Source: Eledone cirrhosa (lineage: Eukaryota). Taken from it: DNA of 64,000 bases. Made by a program: the position numbers and the translations under genes. Positions within the stretch are counted from its first letter, which is position 1. Each line of letters starts with the position of its first letter. Positions 55,201 through 63,485 of the stretch are shown one piece after another. The notes under the pieces are model-generated. The model was not told the origin of the DNA, made no database searches, and saw only the letters and a list, made by a program, of their open reading frames with translations. The stretch lies in assembly GCA_964016885.1 (NCBI GenBank), contig OZ024756.1, positions 13,330,001-13,394,000 on the forward strand, written 5' to 3'.

Positions 55201-58200
55201 TAAAATGTTCGTGTGGAAGTCACGCCAAAAAGCACACAGTCCACAGTGTAAAGTGGTCATATAGGAGACACGGCACAAAGCACCCAGCCCACACTCTAAA
55301 TGTGGTTGGTGTTAAGAAGTGCATCCAGCCGTAGAAATCTAGCCAGAAACAGTTCTATATGAGCAAGAGAAGGTCACATTGCCTCTAATGGGACAAACCC
55401 GTCGAACCCATGCTAGAGTGGAAAATAGACGTTAAGTGATGATGATGATATATAAAGAGCGGTGAGAAAACATATAAACTGATAAGTTTGAAGGGAGATT
55501 CCTCGTGGGATTTGTTCTATCCGAGTTTCAAAGACATTCTTTTGTCACTGTTGCCATTGGAAATTCTGTGGATTAGGGATTGACATGTTAAGCTAGAAAT
55601 ATTGACCGTGCTTGGCTTAGTGGTTAGAGCATCGGGCTTACAATCATGAGGTCGTGAGTTCAATTCTCAGACCGGGTGATGCATTATGTTCTTGAGTAAG
55701 AGACTTTATTTCATGTTGCTCCAGTTTATTCAGCTGTAGAAATGAGTTGCGATGTCACTGGTGCCAAGCTGTATCGGCCTTTGCCTTTCCTTTGGCCAAC
55801 ATCAGTGGCATAGAGAGGGGAGACTGGTATGCATGGGCGACTGCTGGTTTCCCACAGACAACCTTGTCCGAACTTGTGCCTCGGAAGGGAAACTTTTTAG
55901 GTGTAAATCCCATGGTCATTCGTGACCGAAGAGACTGTTTACTTTTGTTCACATAATATGATGTAAACTAGGTTGGCGTGTCCAACATATAGTCCATGTA
56001 GGTGAAATCTTCAGTAGCGTCTACAGTCCAATATATACGGGTCAGTTGGAAAGTTTATAGGTTGACTATGATGCTAGAGCTGTGAAATCTTGCATGCATT
56101 AATTTCAACTCTTCTTATTAATAACTGCATTGTTTTTATCCAGTTGATAAATAAACCCCATTTGGTCATTCCATGAGAGTATCTTGGTCAGCCTATGAAT
56201 GTTTTAGCTGACTCTTGTATTATGGGATCATTATCACCATCGAGGGCGGTGGATTGGCAGTATCGGTAGAGGGTCGGACGCCATGCTTTCCAGCATAGTT
56301 ACGTCCCTTTACGATCTGAGTTCAAATCCCGCCGAGGTTGACTTTGCCTTTCATCCTTACGGGGTCAATAAAATAAAGTACCAGTAATACACTGGAATAA
56401 TTGCTGGCCTTGTGCCTAAAGTAGAGACAATTATCACCATCACATTTTAAACCGAAGAATTCTTGTTTTTTATATTTCATTATTTCCATTACAGAAATAT
56501 GTACGACGTTGATTTTGTTTCTGGTGCCCTTACTGAAAAACCTGTTAGTGGCGCTAGGGTTGGTAAGACACTGAAAAAGTTGTTTGAAGACCAGTTTTCT
56601 TTAATACAGAAAGCGGACCGACTCTACTACGAAAACGAGCAAAGATATAAGACAGGTAAGCATTTTAATAATTGATGGCAATTTCATAAAACATAGTCCA
56701 CACTGTGAAGTGGTCATGTGGGTGTCACGACAAAAAGCACTCAGTCCACACTGTAAAGTGGTCATGTGAGTGTCACAACAAAAAGCACCCAGTCCACACT
56801 GTAAAGTGGTCATGTAGGTGTCACGACAAAAAGCACCCAGTTCACACTCTAAAGTGGTCATGTAGGTGTCACGACAAAAAGCACTCAGTCCACACTGTAA
56901 AGTGGTCATATGAGTGTCACAACAAAATGCACCCAGTCGACACTGTAAAGTGGTCATGTAGGTGTCACGACAAAAAGCACTCAGTCCACACTGTAAAGTG
57001 GTCATATGAGTGTCACAACAAAATGCACCCAGTCGACACTGTAAAGTGGTCATGTAGGTGTCACGATAAAAAGCACCCAGTCGACACTGTAAAGTGGTCA
57101 TGTAGGTGTCACGACAAAAAGCACCCAGCCCACACTGTAAGTGGTCATGTAGGTGTCACAACAAAAAGCACTCAGTCCACACTGTAAAGTGGTCATGTAG
57201 GTGTCACGACAAAAAGCACCCAGCCCACACTGTAAAGTGGTCATGTAGGTGTCACGACAAAAAGCACCCAGTTCACACTCTAAAGTGGTCATGTAGGTGT
57301 CACAACAAAAAGCACCCAGTTCACACTCTAAAGTGGTCATGTAGGTGTCACGACAAAAAGCACTCAGTCCACACTGTAAAGTGGTCATATGAGTGTCACA
57401 ACAAAATGCACCCAGTCGACACTGTAAAGTGGTCATGTAGGTGTCACGACAAAAAGCACTCAGTCCACACTGTAAAGTGGTCATATGAGTGTCACAACAA
57501 AATGCACCCAGTCGACACTGTAAAGTGGTCATGTAGGTGTCACGATAAAAAGCACCCAGTCGACACTGTAAAGTGGTCATGTAGGTGTCACGACAAAAAG
57601 CACCCAGCCCACACTGTAAGTGGTCATGTAGGTGTCACAACAAAAAGCACTCAGTCCACACTGTAAAGTGGTCATGTAGGTGTCACGACAAAAAGCACCC
57701 AGCCCACACTGTAAAGTGGTCATGTAGGTGTCACGACAAAAAGCACCCAGTTCACACTCTAAAGTGGTCATGTAGGTGTCACAACAAAAAGCACTCAGTC
57801 CACACTGTAAAGTGGTCATGTGAGTGTCACAACAAAAAGCACCCAGTCGACACTGTAAAGTGGTCATGTGAGTGTCACAACAAAAAGCACCCAGTCGACA
57901 CTGTAAAGTGGTCATGTAGGTGTCACAACAAAAAGCACCCAGTCGACACTGTAAAGTGGTCATGTAGGTGTCACAACAAAAAGCACCCAGTCAACACTGT
58001 AAAGTGGTCATGTGAGTGTCACAACAAAAAGCACCCAGTCGACACTGTAAAGTGGTCATGTGAGTGTCACAACAAAAAGCACCCAGTCGACACTGTAAAG
58101 TGGTCGTGTAGGTGTCACAACAAAAAGCACCCAGTCGACACTGTAAAGTGGTCATGTAGGCGTCACAACAAAAAGCACCCAGTCGACACTGTAAAGTGGT

Positions 58201-61054
58201 CATGTGAGTGTCACAACAAAATGCACCCAGTCGACACTGTAAAGTGATCATGTAGGTGTCACAACAAAAAGCACCCAGTCGACACTGTAAAGTGGTCATG
58301 TGAGTGTCACAACAAAAAGCACCCAGTCGACACTGTAAAGTGATCATGTAGGTGTCACAACAAAAAGCACCCAGTCGACACTGTAAAGTGGTCATGTGAG
58401 TGTCACAACAAAAAGCACCCAGTCGACACTGTAAAGTGATCATGTAGGTGTCACAACAAAAAGCACCCAGTCGACACTGTAAAGTGGTCATGTGAGTGTC
58501 ACAACAAAAAGCACCCAGTCTACACTGTAAAGTGATCATGTAGGTGTCACAACAAAAAGCACCCAGTCGACACTGTAAAGTGGTCATGTGAGTGTCACAA
58601 CAAAAAGCACCCAGTCGACACTGTAAAGTGATCATGTAGGTGTCACAACAAAAAGCACTCAGTCCACACTGTAAAGTGGTCATGTGAGTGTCACAACAAA
58701 AAGCACCCAGTCGACACTGTAAAGTGGTCATGTGAGTGTCACAACAAAAAGCACCCAGTCGACACTGTAAAGTGATCATGTAGGTGTCACAACAAAAAGC
58801 ACCCAGTCGACACTGTAAAGTGGTCATGTGAGTGTCACAACAAAAAGCACCCAGTCGACACTGTAAAGTGGTCATGTGAGTGTCACAACAAAAAGCACCC
58901 AGTCGACACTGTAAAGTGATCATGTAGGTGTCACAACAAAAAGCACCCAGTCGACACTGTAAAGTGGTCATGTGAGTGTCACAACAAAAAGCACCCAGTC
59001 TACACTGTAAAGTGATCATGTAGGTGTCACAACAAAAAGCACCCAGTCGACACTGTAAAGTGGTCATGTGAGTGTCACAACAAAAAGCACCCAGTCGACA
59101 CTGTAAAGTGATCATGTAGGTGTCACAACAAAAAGCACTCAGTCCACACTGTAAAGTGGTCATGTGAGTGTCACAACAAAAAGCACCCAGTCGACACTGT
59201 AAAGTGGTCGTGTAGGTGTCACGACAAAAGGCACCCAGCCCACACTGTAAAGTGGTCATGTAGGTGTCACGACAAAAGGCACCCAGCCCACACTGTAAAG
59301 TGGTCATGTGAGTGTCACAACAAAAAGCACTCAGTCCACACTGTAAAGTGGTCGTGTAGGTGTCACGACAAAAGGCACCCAGCCCACACTATAAATGTGG
59401 TTGGTGTTAGGAAGGGAATCCAACCGTAGATAGCAAGCCAAAATCAGTTCTGTGTGAGCGAATCACGGTCCCCCAACCTGTTCTCTCACAAAGGGACAGC
59501 CGGTCCTACCCATGCAAGCATAGAAGATGGATGTTAAACGATGATGATGATGACGATAGGCTGTCTATTCTACATATGTTTCCTTTATTTTTCTGAGAAA
59601 ATACTTTATTCTGCAATATGGTACTCCAGTTAGCTGTTGGGAAAATAGCTTAACAACAATATTACCAGCGATTGATTAGTGAGGAGAGACGGAGAGATTT
59701 AACTAGCATCTTCTTCAAACAATCAAATGGGTGGCAGGGAGGGGGGGGGGGGGGGGGGCATTTAGTTTATTCTACCTTCAATGGTTCGACAATAACAGGA
59801 CTAAAAAGCATCACTAATACTGTACATATTTAAAAAAAATTAACCCCCAAAAACTTCTGTGACAAACAGACTAAAACACCCCCTCCCCCTACACATACAC
59901 GCCTACACACACAATGATACAAAAGCCACGGATGGCTGGAACAGGTAAAAGAGTATATAATACACAACCACTAGTATTTCAGTGATTCAGTCATTCTCAC
60001 AACACCGAGAACTGTGTTCAACCCTTAATTTTTGATTTAAAAATTTTAATTTTAATATTTAATTTCGGATAAAGGGAATGACATCGAAACCGGTAATATT
60101 TTATATATTTTATAAAGCCCTTTAAAAAAAAAAAAGAAATGTTTTGTCCTTTTTTTTCAAAAATAACTCTTTGTCCGATTAAAGAAGAAAAAAAGCTTCT
60201 TTAAATATAATGCTGTTTCTATTCTTTTTTTTCTATAACCTTCAATTTGTATAGAACTTTACCTCCCTTTCATATATATATATGACTCGCATTAGTGCGG
60301 CAGAAACTCGAGTCCGGGAACTATTATAGGCACCCGTTTTACGTGTGTTGTGTTGAAGCAAATAACTATGTGTATACTCTGGGAATGTATCTTACATTAC
60401 CTATTGAGTACGCTGAGATACAACCGGTACTGGCATTGATAAATATGCTGGGTCCGTCAACTCCTTATTATATCGGTGAATTGGCAGTATCAGTAGAGGG
60501 TCGGACGCCATGCTTTGACGCATAGAGTTACGGCCCTTGCCATTCTGAGTTCAAATCCCGTCGAGGTTAACTTTGCCTTTCACCCTAACGGGGATCGATA
60601 AAATAAAGTACCAGTAATACACTGGGATAATTGGTGGCATTGTGCCTATTGTAGAAACAATTATATATAGTGGATTGGCAGTATCGGTAGAGGGTCGGAC
60701 GCCATGCTTTCCAGCAAAGAGTTACGGCCCTTTACGGTCTGAGTTCAAATCCCACCGAGGTTAACTTTGCCTTTCATTCTTACGGGGTTGATAAAATAAA
60801 GTACCAGTAATACACTGGGATGATTGCTCGCCTTGTGCCAAAAGTAGAAACAATTATATATATATATATATATACAGGGTCCAGTCAGGCATTCCAGCAT
60901 ATTCAGTTCAAGATCCTGTCACCTGCACCAAATCCAGATTGATGTGTGAATCAGCAGCCGGATTGAGGTGCCATTTGAGGCATAAACATAAAACAAACAA
61001 CAAACTGAAAAGACTGTTGAACTCTCATACGTCGAATCGACAGGAGAGTCCATC

Positions 61055-61085
<31 letters not shown>

Positions 61086-61742
61086 AGGCAGAATTCTAGG
61101 AGAAGGAAAACTATGATGTAACACCTGCAACCCTGATGGTATCCAATGATGTTGACTTGTTCTTCTTTTTGGTAAATATCATCTTGGTTAAGAGAGTGGG
61201 ACTGGCTTTGTGCAGTGCCTTTGCTCACTATAAAAGCTTCACGGCACAGGCATTGCTTTATATCTGGAGATCTCTCTGCACTTGTTGTCACATGGTACCA
61301 TGGGCCCAGCACTATGTGTCAATAATTGTCACAAGTGTAGTGTTTGTACCAGGGTTTTCAAGTCGCTGGCTGGACTGAAAAGTCACACTCGTTCAGCACA
61401 TCGGTAGAGGTTCTCCTACATGGATATAAAGTAGTAGCCGTACTCGAAAACGAGTTGACAGCCACCATATATATATATATATAGTGTTTCTGTATAAATC
61501 ACATCACCCACAAGTTCATGTTAGAAATTAGATTATGTTTGAAACCTCAGGTAAATAATGAGGAAATTATTTTACTAAATCCCTGTAAAGTCTTAATTAG
61601 GAGATTAATCTATTTAAACCTGGTATTACTTCTGTTTAATTCCAGAACAACTTGCAACGATGAAAAACCAAACAATGGCACATCTTCTGTGTCGAAACAT
61701 CCTCCTCGTCCAAGTTAAGAAGGAAGCGTTCAACCTTGATAG
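8063..61742 (+). CDS. Multi-exon gene for a secreted animal heme peroxidase-family protein (peroxidase-cyclooxygenase superfamily; peroxinectin/chorion-peroxidase-like) with a non-canonical active site; 13 exons in window, 3' end outside
   Basis: join(8063..8067,11276..11319,26693..26714,32108..32259,35858..36034,38344..38362,39833..39939,42614..42712,46536..46580,48969..49413,52282..52491,56495..56655,61646..61742). All introns are GT-AG with matching phases; 1583 nt with no stop. Family motifs appear in the correct order: YSIDGACNNL, LPSPRALS, FGIFLMHD, CC..CFGIPI..DP..CMNY, INENTHYIDASQIFGS, GDDRINE, REYNRI, QHITFNEFLPLLLG, DVDFVSGALTE, QFSLIQKADRLYYEN, MAHLLCRN. Confidence 0.9.
8221..8315. 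repeat. 13-bp tandem repeat (GTTGGTTTTACCC) x about 7
   Basis: Visible periodicity. Confidence 0.9.
8682..9013 (-). mobile_element. tRNA-derived CORE-like SINE with RTE-type 3' tail
   Basis: Minus strand: A box TGGCTTAGTGG, B box GAGTTCAATTC, CCTTGAGCAAGACACTT core, RTE 3'UTR motif GTTAGGAAGGGCATCCAGCTGTAG and (GAT)n. Confidence 0.8.
9290..10820 (-). repeat. 57-bp minisatellite (about 27 copies) derived from the RTE ORF2 C-terminus
   Basis: Unit translates RGRPRKTWAEVVRDDGSHS, matching GRPRKTWAEVVR of RTE family B; RTE tail at 9188-9290. Confidence 0.9.
10830..11005. repeat. 18-bp tandem repeat (GGTAACCCACACACTATG) x about 9
   Basis: Visible periodicity. Confidence 0.9.
11276..11319 (+). 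CDS. Peroxidase-like exon 2 (signal peptide RSEIFIVPLMLLFTG)
   Basis: tttttatttttcag acceptor, GGAT|gtaagt donor, hydrophobic core. Confidence 0.75.
11700..13285 (+). mobile_element. Decayed Tx1/L1-clade LINE, 3' portion
   Basis: Remnant EYKTLTGAKVNPDKSVGLQLG..LAVWFG, later RDKIYRH and C..C motif; many stops and frameshifts. Confidence 0.6.
13376..13682. repeat. 21-bp tandem repeat (GTAAATATTGTCATATCYGCA) x about 15
   Basis: Visible periodicity with some 18-bp variants. Confidence 0.9.
13773..16280 (+). mobile_element. Non-autonomous Helitron/Helentron-like element (HINE/DINE-1 type), split by an RTE insertion
   Basis: 5' TACTAG..hairpin CCCGGCGTTGCTCGGG; 3' (CAGA)n followed by TTTTAGATATATAGAT. 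Confidence 0.5.
13937..16155 (+). mobile_element. 5'-truncated RTE family A copy (ORF 14224-15849 intact)
   Basis: Only a handful of substitutions versus 1624-3830; (GAT)n tail; (TA)n on both sides. Confidence 0.95.
16400..16812 (+). repeat. Tandemly amplified head of the CORE-like SINE (about 90-bp unit x4)
   Basis: Repeated GGCCTAGTGGTAAGGGTGTTAG...GTTCTTGAGCAAAACACACCATTTCACATTACTCCAG. Confidence 0.75.
16815..18300 (-). mobile_element. RTE family B internal fragment (RT + PHD finger), frameshifted
   Basis: KLLYADDL, KWPCLICRKGVG..CKQC..HKRC; stops and frameshifts. Confidence 0.9.
18325..18775 (+). mobile_element. RTE 3'-end fragment (another subfamily)
   Basis: DRDLWRYTVIQKTR, shared 3'UTR motifs and (GAT)n tail. 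Confidence 0.8.
18850..20780 (+). mobile_element. Penelope-like element, 3' part (GIY-YIG endonuclease remnant + pLTR)
   Basis: AIVYAAKV..YVGMTQDKFKT.YYSH..LASRIWDLK..WSIL..RCALC; degenerate hammerhead core near 20620-20700. Confidence 0.75.
21568..24024. mobile_element. piggyBac-like non-autonomous element with internal satellite
   Basis: TTAA|CCCTTTA...TAAAGGG|TTAA; the interior is a 72-83-bp tandem array. Confidence 0.75.
22149..22880 (+). mobile_element. 5'-truncated RTE family B copy
   Basis: Open ORF2 C-terminus (RRLRWYGHV..GRPRKTW) and (GAT)n tail, inserted in the satellite. Confidence 0.92.
25590..26158. repeat. 29-bp G-rich minisatellite x about 19
   Basis: Unit GTGTGGTGGTAGGGTWAATTATGTCTGGR. 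Confidence 0.92.
26693..26714 (+). CDS. Peroxidase-like exon 3 (22-nt microexon, FLGPIIT; end of signal peptide)
   Basis: ctcctttcttttaacag acceptor, GA|gtgagt donor; phases 1/2 bridge exons 2 and 4 exactly. Confidence 0.65.
26768..27385 (+). mobile_element. Three tandem tRNA-derived SINEs (MetaSINE-like central domain)
   Basis: A box TGGCAGTATCGG, B box GAGTTCAAATCC, GCCTTTCATCCTTACGGGGTCGATAAAATAAAGTACCAG, (ATT)n tail; about 20 copies of this family across the window. Confidence 0.8.
27960..31410. repeat. 23-bp AT-rich satellite (TTTAAACTATATATACTATTRTA) x about 150
   Basis: Visible periodicity over about 3.45 kb. Confidence 0.95.
31620..32012 (+). mobile_element. Two tandem MetaSINE-like SINEs
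   Basis: Same consensus as 26768-27385. Confidence 0.85.
32108..32259 (+). CDS. Peroxidase-like exon 4
   Basis: AQVCSENSTCPFEKLMYYSIDGACNNLVWTHMSLGKSDTPYGRVLTAEAP matches the YRxxDGxCNNL..G...PxxR motif; atttcag / G|gtatgt. Confidence 0.9.
33227..33343 (-). ncRNA. Type I hammerhead ribozyme motif
   Basis: Minus strand: TGCT-CTGAGGA-AACGGTAGT...ACTACTGTT-GAAA-C-ATTT-G-TA-AGCA; stems I, II and III all pair; GUA cleavage triplet. Confidence 0.8.
33457..33512 (+). ncRNA. Minimal type I hammerhead ribozyme motif
   Basis: ACTGC-CTGATGA-GGTCATAGCCAT-tca-ATGGCTATCATC-GAAA-T-ATAT-A-TA-GCAGT; predicted cut after 33507. Confidence 0.8.
33649..33774 (-). ncRNA. Type I hammerhead ribozyme motif with long stem II (same family as 257-387)
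   Basis: Minus strand: TTT-CTGAAGA-CAGCATATATATGTGT...CACACATATATATCCTA-GAAA-C-GATC-G-TA-AAA. Confidence 0.65.
34100..34142 (-). ncRNA. Minimal type I hammerhead ribozyme motif
   Basis: Minus strand: GTCA-CTGAAGA-G-GTCACA-gagtg-TGTGAC-GAAA-G-AA-C-TA-TGAC. Confidence 0.7.
34468..34818 (-). mobile_element. CORE-like SINE with RTE tail
   Basis: Near-identical to 8682-9013. Confidence 0.85.
35609..35795. mobile_element. Tigger/pogo-like MITE
   Basis: TA|CAGGTAAAATTCCGTTATAAC...GTTTTAATGGAATTTCACTG|TA imperfect TIRs, with subterminal TTATAAC repeats. Confidence 0.6.
35858..36034 (+). CDS. Peroxidase-like exon 5 (distal His region)
   Basis: LPSPRALSRALF...HFGIFLMHDM (canonical WGQFxDHD); tctttag / ATAG|gtaagt. 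Confidence 0.92.
38344..38362 (+). CDS. Peroxidase-like exon 6 (19-nt microexon, EHQCCE)
   Basis: tctgttttttcag acceptor, AG|gtaaat donor; supplies the CC motif and the needed phase 1/2 bridge. Confidence 0.75.
39833..39939 (+). CDS. Peroxidase-like exon 7
   Basis: CFGIPIEENSDPLKSCGSCMNYSSL (canonical CFPIxIPxxDP..CMxFxRS); ttatttcag / C|gtatgt. Confidence 0.88.
39955..41310. repeat. Compound (CAC/CAA)n microsatellite
   Basis: Low-complexity intronic tract directly after exon 7. Confidence 0.95.
41597..41937 (-). mobile_element. CORE-like SINE with RTE tail
   Basis: Same consensus as 8682-9013. Confidence 0.85.
42614..42712 (+). CDS. Peroxidase-like exon 8 (Ca2+-binding loop)
   Basis: KTEGINENTHYIDASQIFGS (canonical REQINxxTSxIDASxVYGS); cttttctag / T|gtaagt. 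Confidence 0.92.
42725..45280 (-). mobile_element. Decayed RTE family B copy (partial APE, RT, C-terminus)
   Basis: MLAGDFNAHVG, GLLYADDL, RRLRWYGHV; several stops; PHD region partly deleted. Confidence 0.92.
46536..46580 (+). CDS. Peroxidase-like exon 9
   Basis: SALKMNKDSNGLYES-G; ttccaaacag / CAG|gtgaga; phase 1/1, leads into GDDR. Confidence 0.7.
46617..46824. mobile_element. Short piggyBac-like MITE (unexpanded relative of 21568-24024)
   Basis: TTAA|CCCTTTAGCAT...ATGTTAAAGGG; a further right end lies at 47545-47558. Confidence 0.65.
47080..47516 (-). mobile_element. CORE-like SINE with RTE family A tail
   Basis: SINE head plus an RTE 3'UTR matching 1624-1860. Confidence 0.85.
48475..48760 (+). 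mobile_element. MetaSINE-like SINE pair
   Basis: Family consensus. Confidence 0.8.
48969..49413 (+). CDS. Peroxidase-like exon 10 (distal Arg/Glu and proximal helix)
   Basis: GDDRINENPL...FAREYNRI...QHITFNEFLPLLLG...NSFTIAFKLSLYSMV; ttttgtag / AG|gtaagt. Confidence 0.95.
49780..51850 (-). mobile_element. Decayed Penelope-like element (RT + GIY-YIG)
   Basis: QFDIVDFYPS, MGSFDSADICDLV, IYRDDGL, VIYEAVVT..YVGLAEG.FKER; hammerhead-like cores at both ends (49885-49920 and 51790-51835). Confidence 0.85.
51933..52158. repeat. Near-perfect 226-bp palindrome
   Basis: Arms of about 110 bp, one clear mismatch, 3-6-nt loop at about 52045. Confidence 0.95.
52282..52491 (+). CDS. Peroxidase-like exon 11
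   Basis: DIVAYAIQDSRYLWIPPY (canonical DLxAxNIQRGRDHGLPxY); ttttgacag / AA|gtgagt. Confidence 0.88.
52962..53355 (+). mobile_element. CORE-like SINE with RTE family A tail
   Basis: A and B boxes, core, tail identical to the LINE 3' end and (GAT)n. Confidence 0.88.
53400..53460 (-). ncRNA. Type I hammerhead ribozyme motif (left arm of fold-back)
   Basis: Minus strand: TTCATT-CTGACGA-C-TGAAGACAGA..TCTGCCTTCA-A-GAAA-CC-ACT-GG-TA-AATGAA. Confidence 0.72.
53483..53548 (+). ncRNA. Type I hammerhead ribozyme motif (right arm of fold-back)
   Basis: TTCATT-CTGACGA-C-TGAAGG...CCTTCA-A-GAAA-CC-ACT-GG-TA-AATGAA; GUA triplet ending at 53542. Confidence 0.72.
54690..55450 (+). repeat. RTE 3'UTR with its 48-bp unit expanded about 10x
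   Basis: Unit AAAAGCACCCAGYCCACACTGTAAAGTGGT..; ends in an RTE tail. Confidence 0.85.
56495..56655 (+). CDS. Peroxidase-like exon 12
   Basis: DVDFVSGALTEKPVSGARVGKTL...QFSLIQKADRLYYEN (canonical DIDLxxGGLxE..GxxVGPT..QF..LRxGDRFWYEN); ccattacag / G|gtaagc. Confidence 0.93.
56690..59555 (+). repeat. 48-bp minisatellite (about 56 copies) from the RTE 3'UTR, ending in the RTE tail
   Basis: Unit ACAACAAAAAGCACCCAGTCGACACTGTAAAGTGGTCATGTRRGTGTC; then GTTAGGAAGGG..(GAT)n. Confidence 0.93.
60474..60856 (+). mobile_element. MetaSINE-like SINE pair
   Basis: Family consensus. Confidence 0.85.
61646..61742 (+). CDS. Peroxidase-like exon 13
   Basis: EQLATMKNQTMAHLLCRNILLVQVKKEAF (canonical QLxEIRKxSLARIICDN..VQxxAF); ttaattccag acceptor; weaker donor AG|gtgcct. 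Confidence 0.82.
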
Positions 61743-61853
61743 GTGCCTCACTTTATCATTTTCTTTATAATAATGCTTGCAAATTTTAATGTCAACATTC
61801 AACAAAATATTGCATACATATAGATATATTGTATATCGATATATATATTCATT

Positions 61854-61887
<34 letters not shown>

Positions 61888-62690
61888 CGAGGTGTTTCAG
61901 AAAAGTTCCAGGACTGCTGTCACAAAAGATTTATTTCAAACCTAAAATTCACACTAAGAGTTTTCTCCTTCAAAGTAATCCCCCTGGAGTCTAATGCACT
62001 TTTCCATCCTTTTCTGCCACGCTTGCATGCACTCCTGGAAGGATTCTTCCGGGATCCTCCGCAGTTCCGTCGTCACAGCCTTTTTGATGTCGTCCACGTC
62101 TTCAAAACGGGTCCCCTCCGGGTCGTACTCGAAGATCCATGACTCATCACTGGTGATGACTGTCCCTAGCAAGTCTGGTTCAGTTTCAAGACGCTCGAGG
62201 ATGTCCTGGCACACTTGCATGCCTCAACCCTTCTGGTCATCGATCAGCAGTTTTGGCACCATCTTCGCGCAGACTTTCCGCATGTCCAAATCTTCAGTGA
62301 GAATCTTCCAGACGCTGTCCCGATTCATGCCCAGCTCATTTGCCATCAGTCGAACAATCATCCGACGATCGCTATGCACCATCTGCCTGACGCGCTCAAC
62401 GTTGACCTCAGTCCTGGTTGTTGAGGGCCTTCCGCTCCTGGGGTCATCTTCCACGTCCTCGCGTCCTTCTTTAAACCTCTTGCACTACTCAAAAACACAT
62501 GAGCGTGACATCGTCTCATCTCCATACACTTGTTGCAGCAATCCCAGTGCTTCTGACGGAGTTTTCAAGTTTGTTCGTTGCTCTGTGCTCATTGCTTGAC
62601 GACCTGAAACAGAGGACATGTATATAAAATTATGAAGAAAAAAGTTTGATCGCTGCAGAGAGCTAAGATTACAGTTACATACTCCAGGGG
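61888..62690 (-). mobile_element. Mariner (DD34D-type) element, internally deleted and decayed
   Basis: TA|CGAGGTGTTTCAGAAAAGTTCC end; EDDPRSGRPST, KMVPKLL, TSDESWIFEYDPE, CIRLQGDYFEG. Confidence 0.85.
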
Positions 62691-62699
62691 GATTACTTC

Positions 62700-63462
62700 T
62701 GAGGTCCGATCTGAGGTCCGCTCTCACCATGTTTATCGTGTTCTTCCTCTACTGTGTCTTCCTTCCACTGGCATTTCTTGGCACTTCTTTACCCAGCGGT
62801 CATCCTCTATATACATGACATGTCCATACCATCTCAGCCTTCTCTCCTGCACACCACAACTTATTCCTCTTATACCCACTTTCTTTCTCAACTCATCCAT
62901 GTTTGGTCATTCACGTACATTGACATTCCACATCCAATGGAGCATGCTTGCTTCTTTTCTCTCCAGCCGTCACATATCCTCTGTAGTTGCAGCCCATGTC
63001 TCACTACCATGCACGGCCTACCTGCAGCTATCTGGTCGATCCAGGGCTTTACTACCTCGCTCAGAACGTGGATGTAGCCATCGGTGTTCAACTTAAGGCC
63101 CTCAGAGAAGAAGTGAGGTGGCATGACGTCACCCTGACTGCTGAAGACACCTAAGACTAATGTTGTCGCTGGAAACTTTGTCTGCATGACTCTGGGCACG
63201 TCTTTGGATGAGACACCATTCTCCTGCTGACGCTGAGAAAGTCTCAAATTTCCATATTCGTCCTCCCGGCGCGGATTCCAAGAAGAACTCCGTGTCTCTT
63301 CCACAAATTTGCAGGTTCAAAATTATTCATAATCTATTATTCTGAAAATAAATAATGGAAATATAGTCACTGTTTTTATGAAGACAAGAGTGACAACGGA
63401 AGTAAAAAGAATTTGCATAAAATTAGCAGTTGAAAATTGCGAACAAATATCGTCCGCACCCT
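62700..63462 (-). mobile_element. Chimeric remnant: maT element 5' half joined to an RTE ORF2 fragment
   Basis: 63013-63462 matches 972-1407; 62700-63012 matches the RTE C-terminus. Confidence 0.75.
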
Positions 63463-63485
63463 ATATATATATATATATATATATA

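Noticed and set aside
56601-59307. Cys-rich repeat ORFs (MTTLQCRLGAFCCDT)n resembling metallothionein or keratin-associated proteins
   Set aside because: The unit is the RTE 3'UTR repeat, with frameshifting 47-bp variants.
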